Source: Minisyncoccia bacterium | GTDB lineage: Bacteria > Patescibacteriota > Minisyncoccia > Phycocordibacterales > Phycocordibacteraceae | Reading direction: 5' to 3' | DNA length: 64,000 nt | Assembly: GCA_050011835.1 (NCBI GenBank) | Contig: JBEKII010000003.1 | Span: 39,842-103,841, forward strand | Program-made: the position numbers and the translations under genes | Part shown: one piece after another, positions 46,188 to 55,496 of the stretch | How positions within the stretch are numbered: the stretch's first letter is position 1 | How the letters are laid out: each line of letters starts with the position of its first letter | Notes under the pieces: generated by a model | What the model was told of the DNA's origin: nothing | The model's database searches: none | What the model saw: only the letters and a program-made list of their open reading frames with translations

Positions 46188-48365
46188 ATGACTATCATGC
46201 GGGATAAGGAGATAGCGAAGCAGATTGCGAGGTGGGTGGCGCTCGGAGCGCTTTTCCTCATACCGCTCGCGCCGCTTATCGTTGCGAATTCGCTCTTTTT
46301 CCCCTTTATCACCGGGAAAGCGTTTTTCTTCAGGATTCTTGTAGAAATCGCTGTGTGTGCGTGGATAGTACTCGCATTTCTTGATAAAGAATATCGTCCG
46401 CGCTTTTCTTGGATTGGAGTTGCGGTGCTCGCTTTCGTCGCGTGGATGTTCATCTCGGATCTTTTCGCAATTAATGTTGCAAAGGCTTTTTGGAGCAATT
46501 TTGAGCGCATGGAGGGTTGGGTACTACTCATTCATCTTCTTGGTTTTTTCTTTGTGGCGAGCGCGGTGCTGCGGGTGGAAAAGAAGTGGCGTGCGTGGTT
46601 TCTCGCGTCTCTCGGTGTTTCTTGTGTCGTTTCCGCATACGCATTTCTGCAACTCGCGGGCACGCTGGCTATCCATCAAGGTTCTTCCCGCATTGACGCC
46701 ACGTTCGGCAATTCTGCGTATCTCGCGATTTATCTTCTTTTTAATACCTTCATCGCGCTTTGGCTCGCGTCAACTGAGAAGCGTCCATGGCTCAAATGGT
46801 CATTGTTCGCGCTCGCTTTCATAGAGGCAGTACTCATCTTTTTTACCGAGACGCGCGGAACAATCTTAGGATTTATTGGCGCGCTCGCGCTCGCCGCGCT
46901 TATCGCCGCGTGTACCGCGGGCAAACATATTCGTCGCATCGCCATCGGCGCGCTCGCGATTATTTTGATCCTTGCGGGCGGTTTTTATTTTGCGCGCAAT
47001 TCTAATTTCATACAGAACAATCACGTACTCCAACGCGTTGCCTCCATTTCGCTCTCTGATGGCCAGACGCGTTTCACCATCTGGCATATGGCATTTGAGG
47101 GGATGCTCGAACGTCCTCTTACGGGCTGGGGACAAGAGGGCTTCAATTATGTTTTCAATAAATATTATGACCCGTCGCTATATCAACAGGAGCCGTGGTT
47201 TGACCGTGCACATAACGCCTTCATTGATTGGCTCGCCGCAGGAGGCATTCCAGCATTTCTTCTCTATCTTTCACTTTTCGGCTCCGCCATTATATTGCTC
47301 TGGAAAAGTTCAACGCTCTCACGCCCGGAGCGTATCGTGCTTACCGCGGCGCTCGTCGGCTATGCCTGCCACAATCTTTTTGTTTTTGACAACCTTTATT
47401 CATATATATATTTCTTCGCGATACTCGCACTCATTGATTCGCAGGTTGCGCGGCCGATTGCCCGTTTTGAACGCGCGCCCGAACTTGCCGCGACAGATGG
47501 GATGACGTATGCTCTTCCGATCGGTGCCGTCGCCGCTTTTGCACTCGTTTGGTATATCAATATCCCCGGAATGCAAGTCGCGGCGAAGCTCATTACGGCG
47601 CTTTCGCCTTCTGCCGCCGGAATTGAAGGGAACATCGCTGCGTTTGAAGACCTTGCCGCACATCCGGCGTTCGCGGCGCAGGAAGTTCGCGAACAAATCA
47701 TTTCCTCCGCGGCAAGTATTGTGCAAAGTCAGTCGGCGACAGATGCTGAAAAACAGCAGGCGGTCTCGCTTGCCATAACCGAAATGCAAAAACAGGTTGC
47801 TGCGTATCCGCAAGACGCGCGCGAGCGGCTCCAACTCTCATATGCGTATCGCGTTGCGGGCGACAACGCCGATGCGCTCAAGCAAGTCCAAGCCGCGATT
47901 CTTCTCTCGCCGAATAAAGAGGAATTCTTTGTTGAAGCGGGCGCGATTGAATGGGATTTGAATGACGTCAAAGCGGCACAAACAGATTTCAATAAGGCGT
48001 ATGCGCTCGGTCCCTCGTTCTCAGATCTCGCCACGTATGCGGCCGCCGGCGATATTGCCGCCGGAGACCAGTCAACGGGCAACAAAATCCTGCTTAGTAC
48101 CTTCGGCACCACGACCCTTGACAGCGATATTCTCGCAGTTGCTTATTATCAAGCGAGAGATTGGCCGCAACTTATCGCCATTTGGAAATCGCGCGCGGAG
48201 AAGCCCGGCGCAAGTGTTGAGATCTGGTTTTCTCTCGCCTCGGCATATTATGTCGCGGGTGATGCTGCAGACGCCATTGCAACGATTCATGCCGCGGTCG
48301 CACTGTATCCGGACGCATCTTCCTCCGGCGCCGCCGCCATCAAACAAATAGAAGCAGGTAAATGA
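46188..48365 (+). CDS. O-antigen ligase-family (Wzy_C) polytopic membrane protein with C-terminal TPR-like domain; candidate O-oligosaccharyltransferase (WaaL/PglL/WsaB family)
   Basis: About 12 TM helices containing the Wzy_C-type segment FIEAVLIFFTETRGTILGFIGALALAAL. ~300 aa C-terminal soluble region with TPR-like helical repeats (..SYAYRVAGDNADALKQVQAAILLSPNKEEFFVEAGAIEWDLNDVKAAQTDFNKAYALGP..). Confidence 0.6.
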   Translation: MTIMRDKEIAKQIARWVALGALFLIPLAPLIVANSLFFPFITGKAFFFRILVEIAVCAWIVLAFLDKEYRPRFSWIGVAVLAFVAWMFISDLFAINVAKAFWSNFERMEGWVLLIHLLGFFFVASAVLRVEKKWRAWFLASLGVSCVVSAYAFLQLAGTLAIHQGSSRIDATFGNSAYLAIYLLFNTFIALWLASTEKRPWLKWSLFALAFIEAVLIFFTETRGTILGFIGALALAALIAACTAGKHIRRIAIGALAIILILAGGFYFARNSNFIQNNHVLQRVASISLSDGQTRFTIWHMAFEGMLERPLTGWGQEGFNYVFNKYYDPSLYQQEPWFDRAHNAFIDWLAAGGIPAFLLYLSLFGSAIILLWKSSTLSRPERIVLTAALVGYACHNLFVFDNLYSYIYFFAILALIDSQVARPIARFERAPELAATDGMTYALPIGAVAAFALVWYINIPGMQVAAKLITALSPSAAGIEGNIAAFEDLAAHPAFAAQEVREQIISSAASIVQSQSATDAEKQQAVSLAITEMQKQVAAYPQDARERLQLSYAYRVAGDNADALKQVQAAILLSPNKEEFFVEAGAIEWDLNDVKAAQTDFNKAYALGPSFSDLATYAAAGDIAAGDQSTGNKILLSTFGTTTLDSDILAVAYYQARDWPQLIAIWKSRAEKPGASVEIWFSLASAYYVAGDAADAIATIHAAVALYPDASSSGAAAIKQIEAGK

Positions 48366-49381
48366 ATCTGCAAGAAAACATCTCTCTCGCGCCGTTCACG
48401 ACATTTCATATCGGGGGACCGGCGCGTTTTTTTATAGAAGCACGAACTGAAAAAGAAATAAAAAACGCAATTGCCCGCGCACGTAAACTTAATCTCCCGA
48501 TATATCTTCTTGGCGCCGGAAGTAATCTGCTTGTACCGGACATCGGTGTTGAAGGCATTGTGCTCAAAATAGCACTGCACGATATTGCGTTTGAAAATGA
48601 AAGTGACGCTGCGCGACTCATTGCCGGTGCCGGCACACTTTGGGAAACGGTTGTGAATGCCGCGAGCAAACGTGGTCTTTTTGGCATTGAAAATCTCGCG
48701 GGTATTCCCGGAACGATGGGCGGTGCCTCGGTGCAAAATATCGGCGCGTATGGCGCGGAACTCGCTGACACGTTTGACTATGCCGATGTCGTTGATAGTA
48801 TAACGGGCGCACAGAGGCGTATCAACCGCACCGAGGCCGCATTCGGATACCGCACCAGTTTTTTCAAAGAGCATCGTACACTTATTATCATACGTACCGC
48901 ATTGCGTTTCTCGAAACAAGCGTTTCCGAACATCACTTATCCGAATCTCATACGCGCGCAAGAGGCGGGCACGCCGCTTCAAACGCCGTCCGAGATCGCA
49001 CGCGCCGTTCGCGTCATTCGCTCCGAGATGTTTTCTCTCACGACGAAGGAGGGCACTGCGGGATCATTTTTTAAGAATCCTATTATTTCAAATGCACGCG
49101 CCGAACAGCTTTCAAAACGTTTTCCGGGACTCCCGCTGTTTCCCGAGAGAGATAACATGGTAAAAATACCGCTCGCATGGCTTCTGGACCACGCGCTTTC
49201 TCTCAAGGGATTTTCAAAGGGCCGCGTGCGGCTTTATGAAAAACAGCCGCTGGTGATTGTTGCGCGCGCCGGAGCAACCGCTGCAGACGTAGACGCGTTC
49301 GCGCGCAAAATCGCGGAGCGCGTTCTCTCTATGACGGATATTGTGATTGAGCGCGAAGTAGAGACATTCGGCACACGATAG
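48362..49381 (+). CDS. murB: UDP-N-acetylenolpyruvoylglucosamine reductase MurB
   Basis: FAD-binding domain with LLGAGSNLLV. Conserved MurB C-terminal domain. ATGA overlap upstream. Confidence 0.85.
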   Translation: MNLQENISLAPFTTFHIGGPARFFIEARTEKEIKNAIARARKLNLPIYLLGAGSNLLVPDIGVEGIVLKIALHDIAFENESDAARLIAGAGTLWETVVNAASKRGLFGIENLAGIPGTMGGASVQNIGAYGAELADTFDYADVVDSITGAQRRINRTEAAFGYRTSFFKEHRTLIIIRTALRFSKQAFPNITYPNLIRAQEAGTPLQTPSEIARAVRVIRSEMFSLTTKEGTAGSFFKNPIISNARAEQLSKRFPGLPLFPERDNMVKIPLAWLLDHALSLKGFSKGRVRLYEKQPLVIVARAGATAADVDAFARKIAERVLSMTDIVIEREVETFGTR

Positions 49382-49532
49382 TTTTTTGCAAAGTTATCCA
49401 CACATATTTTTTTTCGGCACAAAAAGGTTTTTTTATGCGCGATAATGACAAGTAGAAACGTTTGCGCAATAAAAAATTGGTTCGTGCGCAGACGGGTCGA
49501 CATATCAACCTTTATCTTAATTCGCAACCACC

Positions 49533-49586
49533 ATGGCAAAGAGACGTAAGGCCGCGAAGAAAGCGGGAAAAAAGAAGCGCGGATAG
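49533..49586 (+). CDS. Tiny ORF encoding a 17-aa Lys/Arg-rich peptide (MAKRRKAAKKAGKKKRG), speculative
   Basis: Hand translated. It is followed by its own hairpin terminator. No SD sequence seen. Confidence 0.15.
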   Translation: MAKRRKAAKKAGKKKRG

Positions 49587-49595
49587 TTTTGTTTG

Positions 49596-49640
49596 AAGAA
49601 AAATCCTTCCGTTGACTGACGGAGGGATTTTTCTTTTTGG
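49596..49640 (+). terminator. Rho-independent terminator
   Basis: AATCCTTCCGT-tgactg-ACGGAGGGATT followed by TTTCTTTTT. Confidence 0.6.
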
Positions 49641-49666
49641 CTCAAATGCAAGATAAGTGATATAAT
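49637..49666 (+). promoter_or_regulatory. Putative sigma70-like promoter for secA (TTGGCT-18-TATAAT)
   Basis: TATAAT at 49661-49666, 8 nt upstream of the secA ATG. An upstream TTGGCT sits with an 18-bp spacer. Suggests a very short leader or leaderless transcript. Confidence 0.35.
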
Positions 49667-49674
49667 GCGCCATA

Positions 49675-52209
49675 ATGTTTGATTTCTCGCACTTTTTTTC
49701 TAAAAATCAGTCTGAGGCCTTTCTGAAAACCGCGGCGCCAATTGTGGCGGCGACGAATGTCCTGTCCAAGGAACTCTCCGAACTCTCGGATGAAGCGATT
49801 CGAGCGCGCTTTGACGAAGTGCGCGCTCGAGCGAAGGAGGCGGGCGCGGCGGCCGAGCAGGACATCCCGCTTATCTTTGCGCTCGTGCGCGAGGCGGCTC
49901 GTCGCACACTCAGACAATCTCATTTTGATGTGCAACTGGCCGGCGGTCTTGCGCTTCTCCGCGGCAAAATCGCCGAGATGCGGACCGGCGAAGGGAAAAC
50001 GCTCGTTGCCACATTACCGGCGACTTTCCATGCGCTTTCGGGGAAGGGCGTGCAGATTGTCACCGTTAATGATTATCTCGCCCGCCGCGATGGCGTGTGG
50101 ATGGGACAGGTCTACGATTATGTTGGTCTCACGGTCGGTGTTGTGACGAGCGTCGGCGCGTATCGCTACGACCAATCGCATGTGGCGGAAGAAGAAGCGA
50201 AAGAATTAGACAGCGAGCGCGATGCCGCGGGCTCGTTTAAAGTTTTCTACGACTATCTGCGCCCCGCGACTAAAAAAGAGGCATATGCGTGCGATATCAC
50301 CTATGTCACCAACAATGAACTCGGATTTGATTATTTGCGTGACAATACTGCCTATGACGCGTCGCAGATCGTGCAGCGAAGTTATTATTATGCGATTATT
50401 GACGAAGTTGATTCCATTTTAATTGATGAAGCGCGCACGCCGCTCATCATCTCGGGGCCTTCCGGCGATTCGGAATCATTTTATGAGCAGTTCGCACATA
50501 TCGTGCGGGGCATGCGAGAGGGAGAGGATTATACCGTTGATGAAAAACAAAAAGCGATTCAGATTACCGAAGCGGGAATGAAGAAGGCCGAAGACGCGCT
50601 CGGTCTGGAGAATCTCTATACCGAGGGCGGAATGAAATACGCGCATCATCTGGAAACAGCCGTGCGCGCACAAGCGCTTTTCCATAAAGATAAGGAATAT
50701 GTGGTGCGCAACGGCGAAATTATCATCGTTGATGAATTTACGGGGAGAATGCAGCCGGGCCGCCGTTGGTCGGAGGGTTTGCATCAGGCGATAGAGGCGA
50801 AGGAAGGTGTTTTGGTACATGCGGAAACGCGTACGTATGCATCGGTTACCTTCCAAAATCTCTTTCGCATGTATGAGCGGCTCGCCGGCATGACGGGTAC
50901 CGCGCTTTCGTCGGAAGAAGAATTTTATACCGTCTACGCGCTTGATGTCGTCGTGGTGCCGACCAATAAACCATCACAGCGCAAGGATTATGACGACCTT
51001 ATATTCCAAACAGCGGCAGGAAAGTATCGCGCCGTTGCGCGTGCGGTGAAGGAGCGTTATGCAAAGGGCCAACCGGTCTTGGTGGGAACCGTTTCTATTG
51101 AAGATAATGAAATTGTCAGCACGTATCTGACGAACGAAGGCGTGCCGCACGAAGTGCTGAATGCGAAGAATCATGAACGCGAAGGCGAAATCATCGCCGA
51201 AGCGGGGAAGGAAGGACGTGTGACGGTCGCGACCAATCTCGCGGGCCGTGGCGTTGATATCAAGCTCGGTGGCGCGCTCGCCACGAGCGAGATGCGCGCC
51301 TCGGTCATTGAGAAGGGAGGTCTGATGGTTCTCGGTACCGAACGGCACGATGCGCGCCGCATTGACAATCAATTGCGCGGACGTTCCGGCCGTCAAGGCG
51401 ACCCGGGCGAGACGCGTTTTTATGTTTCTTTGGAGGATAAACTGATGCGTGTTTTCGCGTCCGAGACGTTGAAGAAGGTCATGGGTCGTTTCGGCATTCC
51501 CGAGGACGAACCCATTGAAAGCGCGCTGATTACCCGGTCTCTGGAAACCGCACAGGGGCGTATCGAGGGGTTTAATTTTGACTCGCGGAAACAAGTTCTT
51601 GCCTACGATGACGTGATGAACACTCAACGTCTCGCCATATATGCGCGCCGCCGCGCGGCGCTTGTAGGAAGCGATGCAGAGATTGAGGCGCTTTTCCATG
51701 AGCTTCTTTTAAATAATGATGCGGCGCGCGGCGCGTTTGAATCAAAAAAAATAGAATTCGGCGACGCGTTCACCGCCCACTTGCGCCGTCTCCTTTTGCA
51801 GGTCATTGATATATTTTGGCTTGAGCATCTTGAGACCATGGATTACCTGCGGCGTTCAGTATCGCTTCGCGCGTACGGGCAGCGGGACCCTTTAATTGAA
51901 TATCGGCGCGAAGGACTCGCGCGTTTCCGTCAGCTGGAAGCGGATATTAAGGCAGCGGTTGCTGAAGCATTGCCACGTCTTCAATCTGTGGACAATGAGC
52001 GTATTCGCGTGGAAGAAGAAAAGACGCGCGCCGCGCTCATTGCGGCAGGTCAGGAGGAAAATGGCGCACCAGTGCCGATTAAAAAAGCGGCCGGATATGG
52101 GCGCAATGATATTGTCACAATAAAAAAGGACGGCGAGACGCGGACGATTAAGTTTAAAAAAGCTGAACCGCTTTTGGCCAACGGCTGGGAAATAATGGAT
52201 GCACGTTAG
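49675..52209 (+). CDS. secA: Preprotein translocase subunit SecA
   Basis: DEAD-like motor motifs AEMRTGEGKTLVATLPA, DEVDSILIDEARTPLIISG, GTTGTALS..; 844 aa. Confidence 0.95.
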   Translation: MFDFSHFFSKNQSEAFLKTAAPIVAATNVLSKELSELSDEAIRARFDEVRARAKEAGAAAEQDIPLIFALVREAARRTLRQSHFDVQLAGGLALLRGKIAEMRTGEGKTLVATLPATFHALSGKGVQIVTVNDYLARRDGVWMGQVYDYVGLTVGVVTSVGAYRYDQSHVAEEEAKELDSERDAAGSFKVFYDYLRPATKKEAYACDITYVTNNELGFDYLRDNTAYDASQIVQRSYYYAIIDEVDSILIDEARTPLIISGPSGDSESFYEQFAHIVRGMREGEDYTVDEKQKAIQITEAGMKKAEDALGLENLYTEGGMKYAHHLETAVRAQALFHKDKEYVVRNGEIIIVDEFTGRMQPGRRWSEGLHQAIEAKEGVLVHAETRTYASVTFQNLFRMYERLAGMTGTALSSEEEFYTVYALDVVVVPTNKPSQRKDYDDLIFQTAAGKYRAVARAVKERYAKGQPVLVGTVSIEDNEIVSTYLTNEGVPHEVLNAKNHEREGEIIAEAGKEGRVTVATNLAGRGVDIKLGGALATSEMRASVIEKGGLMVLGTERHDARRIDNQLRGRSGRQGDPGETRFYVSLEDKLMRVFASETLKKVMGRFGIPEDEPIESALITRSLETAQGRIEGFNFDSRKQVLAYDDVMNTQRLAIYARRRAALVGSDAEIEALFHELLLNNDAARGAFESKKIEFGDAFTAHLRRLLLQVIDIFWLEHLETMDYLRRSVSLRAYGQRDPLIEYRREGLARFRQLEADIKAAVAEALPRLQSVDNERIRVEEEKTRAALIAAGQEENGAPVPIKKAAGYGRNDIVTIKKDGETRTIKFKKAEPLLANGWEIMDAR

Positions 52210-52210
52210 T

Positions 52211-53182
52211 ATGGCATTCGTTGATGAAGTGAAGATATATGCAGAAGCGGGACGAGGCGGAAATGGCGTCGTTCGCTGGTTGCGTACCAAGACGAATGCG
52301 CGCGGCGGGCCTTCCGGCGGTGACGGCGGCAAGGGCGGCAATGTCGTACTTCTTGGCGTGCGCGATTTGTCGGCGCTTGCGCATTTTCGTTATGAAAAAA
52401 TATTTCATGCGGAGAATGGCGTTGCCGGAAAAGGCGCTTTAAAACATGGAGCGAACGGCGCGGAATGTATTCTTAGAGTGCCGGTCGGGACGCTTTCGCG
52501 CATTGTTGCGACAGGCGAAGAATATGAGATAACGAAAGAGGATGAGCGCATCGTTATTTTTCGTGGCGGCGCGGGAGGGAGGGGCAACGCTCACTTTAAG
52601 AGTTCCACGAATCAAAATCCATTTCAACAGACCGCAGGTAAAGAAGGGGAAAGCGGGAATATTGAACTTACCTTGAAAATTATCGCAGACGCGGGTCTTA
52701 TTGGACTCCCGAATGCTGGGAAATCTTCGCTCCTCAACGCACTTACACGAGCCAAGTCAAAAGTGGGGAACTATCCCTTTACAACACTTGAACCAAATCT
52801 CGGCGATTTCTATGGACGCGTCATCGCCGATATCCCCGGTCTTATAAAGGGCGCCTCGTCCGGACGAGGGCTTGGGGTAAAATTTCTTAAGCATGTTGAA
52901 CGTACAAGAATTTTGCTGCATCTTGTCTCGGCAAACCAAGATGACCCCCTCGCGGCGTATAGGGAAGTGCGCAGGGAAATAGCATTATTCGGGCACGGGC
53001 TTCTTGAAAAGAAAGAAATAGTCGTCCTGTCTAAAACAGACCTTGTCTCAACAGGAGAATGCGAAACAAAAATACAATTACTTGCTCGAGAAACGGATAG
53101 GGAAGTGCTTGTGGTATCAATAAAGAACGCCGTAATCCTCAAGCAGTTCTCCAATCAGCTCGCTAAACTTCTTGCGAAATAG
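52211..53182 (+). CDS. obg: GTPase Obg (short form without C-terminal OCT/TGS extension)
   Basis: Obg N-terminal glycine-rich fold FVDEVKIYAEAGRGGNGVVRWLR..GGPSGGDGGKGGNV. G1 GLIGLPNAGKSSLL, G3 DIPGLI, G4 SKTD. Confidence 0.9.
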   Translation: MAFVDEVKIYAEAGRGGNGVVRWLRTKTNARGGPSGGDGGKGGNVVLLGVRDLSALAHFRYEKIFHAENGVAGKGALKHGANGAECILRVPVGTLSRIVATGEEYEITKEDERIVIFRGGAGGRGNAHFKSSTNQNPFQQTAGKEGESGNIELTLKIIADAGLIGLPNAGKSSLLNALTRAKSKVGNYPFTTLEPNLGDFYGRVIADIPGLIKGASSGRGLGVKFLKHVERTRILLHLVSANQDDPLAAYREVRREIALFGHGLLEKKEIVVLSKTDLVSTGECETKIQLLARETDREVLVVSIKNAVILKQFSNQLAKLLAK

Positions 53183-53206
53183 TTCTATTCAGCTAGTATA
53201 GCGGCA

Positions 53207-54643
53207 ATGGCTTATCGCCCGACTATTGGTCTTGAAGTTCATGCGGAACTCACCACGCGAACCAAAATGTTTTGTGATTCCGCGAATAATCCGGACGAAA
53301 CACAACCCAATGTGAACGTGTGTCCGGTCTGTATGGCAGACCCGGGCACCCTGCCTGTTATAAATCGTGAGGCAGTGCGACATGTTTTGCGTGTCGGTGC
53401 CGCTATTGGAGGTACGCTTGCCGATTTTAGTGAATTTGACCGCAAGAGTTATTTCTATCCCGATATTCCCAAGGGCTATCAAATCAGCCAATATGCGCAT
53501 CCGCTCGTTATGGGCGGTTCGCTCCTGGGCATTGCTATCACGCGAGTACATCTTGAAGAAGACACCGCGCGTTCAATTCACGTGAGCGGTCTGTCTGCTA
53601 ACGAGGCAGGCAAGAGCCTCGTAGATTTTAATCGGGCAGGCATCCCGCTTATGGAGCTTGTCACCGAACCGGTAATCCCTGACGCGAAGACGGCGGCACA
53701 CTTCGCGCGCGAGTTGCAACTTCTTTTGCGTACGCTCGGTGTAGGCGAGGCAAATTTGGAGAAGGGCGAGATGCGCATTGAAGCAAATGTATCTGTTTCA
53801 AATGAAGAGGGAGCGTTTGGTACAAAGGTAGAAGTAAAAAACCTTAATTCGTTTCATTCTGTTGAATGTGCCATCGCATTTGAAATAGAACGTCAAATCG
53901 CTCTTATCAAAAAGGACGGAAAGGTAGTACAAGAAACGCGCGGTTGGGATGAAATAAAGCAAAAGACCTTCCACCAGCGCTTCAAGGAGGAAAGCGCTGA
54001 CTATCGTTATTTCCCGGAACCGGATCTCCCTAAACTTTTTCTTTCAGAGATTCCTGAATTCTCGCAGGAAGCACTTCGTACATCGTTACCGGAACTTCCG
54101 TGGGAGCGGCGAGCACGGTATGCGCACGTCTACACACTTAAAGAAGGCGATGCGGAATATCTTTGCGCAACTCCGGAGCGCGCCGCATTTTTTGATGCCG
54201 TCGCTTCAGCCCTTGCTGCTGATGCGGATTGCATTGTACTCGCGGCAAATTACATTATTTCAGACCTCGCAGGTATTTACGCCAAACAGGGGAATGAGGC
54301 GTATGCGGCGCTTGACCCAGCGGCATTTGCGAAACTCATTCGTCTTGTAGACACCGACAGACTCTCATCGCGTGGCGCAAAAGACACCCTTCTTCTATTA
54401 GTGCAATTTGGAGGCGATCCGGAGGCAATCGCGAAAGAGCATAATCTCATTCAGATTCATGATTCCGTAGCGCTCGGTAAAGTAGTAGACACGATATTGG
54501 TTGCAGAACCGAAAGCGGTCCTTGAGTATCGTTCAGGCAAGCAAGAAGCACTTCAGTATCTTATTGGGAAAGCGATAAAAGAAAGCGGAGGAGCGGGGAA
54601 CCCGGAAATCGTGCGAAAACTCATAATAGAGAAAATTGGTTGA
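53207..54643 (+). CDS. gatB: Aspartyl/glutamyl-tRNA(Asn/Gln) amidotransferase subunit B
   Basis: IGLEVHAEL..K.FC, NVCPVCMADPGTLPV, RKSYFYPDIPKGYQISQ and GatB_Yqey C-terminal domain. Confidence 0.95.
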   Translation: MAYRPTIGLEVHAELTTRTKMFCDSANNPDETQPNVNVCPVCMADPGTLPVINREAVRHVLRVGAAIGGTLADFSEFDRKSYFYPDIPKGYQISQYAHPLVMGGSLLGIAITRVHLEEDTARSIHVSGLSANEAGKSLVDFNRAGIPLMELVTEPVIPDAKTAAHFARELQLLLRTLGVGEANLEKGEMRIEANVSVSNEEGAFGTKVEVKNLNSFHSVECAIAFEIERQIALIKKDGKVVQETRGWDEIKQKTFHQRFKEESADYRYFPEPDLPKLFLSEIPEFSQEALRTSLPELPWERRARYAHVYTLKEGDAEYLCATPERAAFFDAVASALAADADCIVLAANYIISDLAGIYAKQGNEAYAALDPAAFAKLIRLVDTDRLSSRGAKDTLLLLVQFGGDPEAIAKEHNLIQIHDSVALGKVVDTILVAEPKAVLEYRSGKQEALQYLIGKAIKESGGAGNPEIVRKLIIEKIG

Positions 54644-54692
54644 ATTGTGCATAACTCTTTCATACCAGTCGAGATATGGCTATACTGTTGGT

Positions 54693-55496
54693 ATGGATGA
54701 AATTCTTATAGAAGAGAAGAAGTATGTATCGTCAAAACGAGCCGCCAAGATGACCGGTTATGCAAAAGATTATATTGGCCAATTGTGTCGGGAGGGACGA
54801 GTGCCGGCGCGGCTTATTGGCCGAAATTGGTATGTTCTTGAAGCGGCTATCCAAGACCATAAATTCGGCAAGACTGAAATTAAGTCAAAAGAGCCTGTCA
54901 AAGCCATATCGCCTGCGCTAGCGGGAACACCGGTTCTTTCGCCCACATGGGAGTCCCCACGCTATGAAGCGTCTTCGGAAGAACTGCTTCCTTCTATGAA
55001 TCGCCTTAAGGACACAGAGAAAGATATAGTATCTGATGATACATCAGTAAATAACGAAGGAAAACAGAACATTTCAGAGCACATACAAGATTCCTGGAAG
55101 GCGTGGTTTGATCGTTTCAATCATATGGGGGATGCGGTTGAGCCCATTGTCTCTACAATGCCGGAAGTGCCAGAAAAGATAGAAGAAAAACCAGAAATAG
55201 AAGAAAGCGCGAATATAAATGTGCCCATTCATGCTCTATATCGACCGTTCTATCAGTCGCCTCCAGAAGAACTCCTGCCGCGTAACATAGTGGCAAAACC
55301 GCTAAGTAATTTGCGAGAGACACGAACGACACAAAGGGGGAGTAAGAGAGCGACAAGAATAATTCAAGTATTTGGGACATTACTTGCGGTACTGGCAGCT
55401 GCTTTCGCGGTAATTGGAAGTGGATATTTTGATAAATATGTATTATCGAGTAGCCCAACGGAAATAATAGCCGGTGTAGAATTATATAATAAGTAG
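54693..55496 (+). CDS. Excisionase/MerR-type HTH (HTH_17-like) N-terminal domain protein with C-terminal transmembrane helix, 268 aa
   Basis: Start at the internal ATG (MDEILIEEK). VSSKRAAKMTGYAKDYIGQLCREGRVPARLIGRNWYVLEAAI is HTH-like. Acidic/Pro-rich linker. C-terminal hydrophobic segment IIQVFGTLLAVLAAAFAVIGSG. A TATACT box lies 7 nt upstream of the ATG. Confidence 0.55.
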   Translation: MDEILIEEKKYVSSKRAAKMTGYAKDYIGQLCREGRVPARLIGRNWYVLEAAIQDHKFGKTEIKSKEPVKAISPALAGTPVLSPTWESPRYEASSEELLPSMNRLKDTEKDIVSDDTSVNNEGKQNISEHIQDSWKAWFDRFNHMGDAVEPIVSTMPEVPEKIEEKPEIEESANINVPIHALYRPFYQSPPEELLPRNIVAKPLSNLRETRTTQRGSKRATRIIQVFGTLLAVLAAAFAVIGSGYFDKYVLSSSPTEIIAGVELYNK

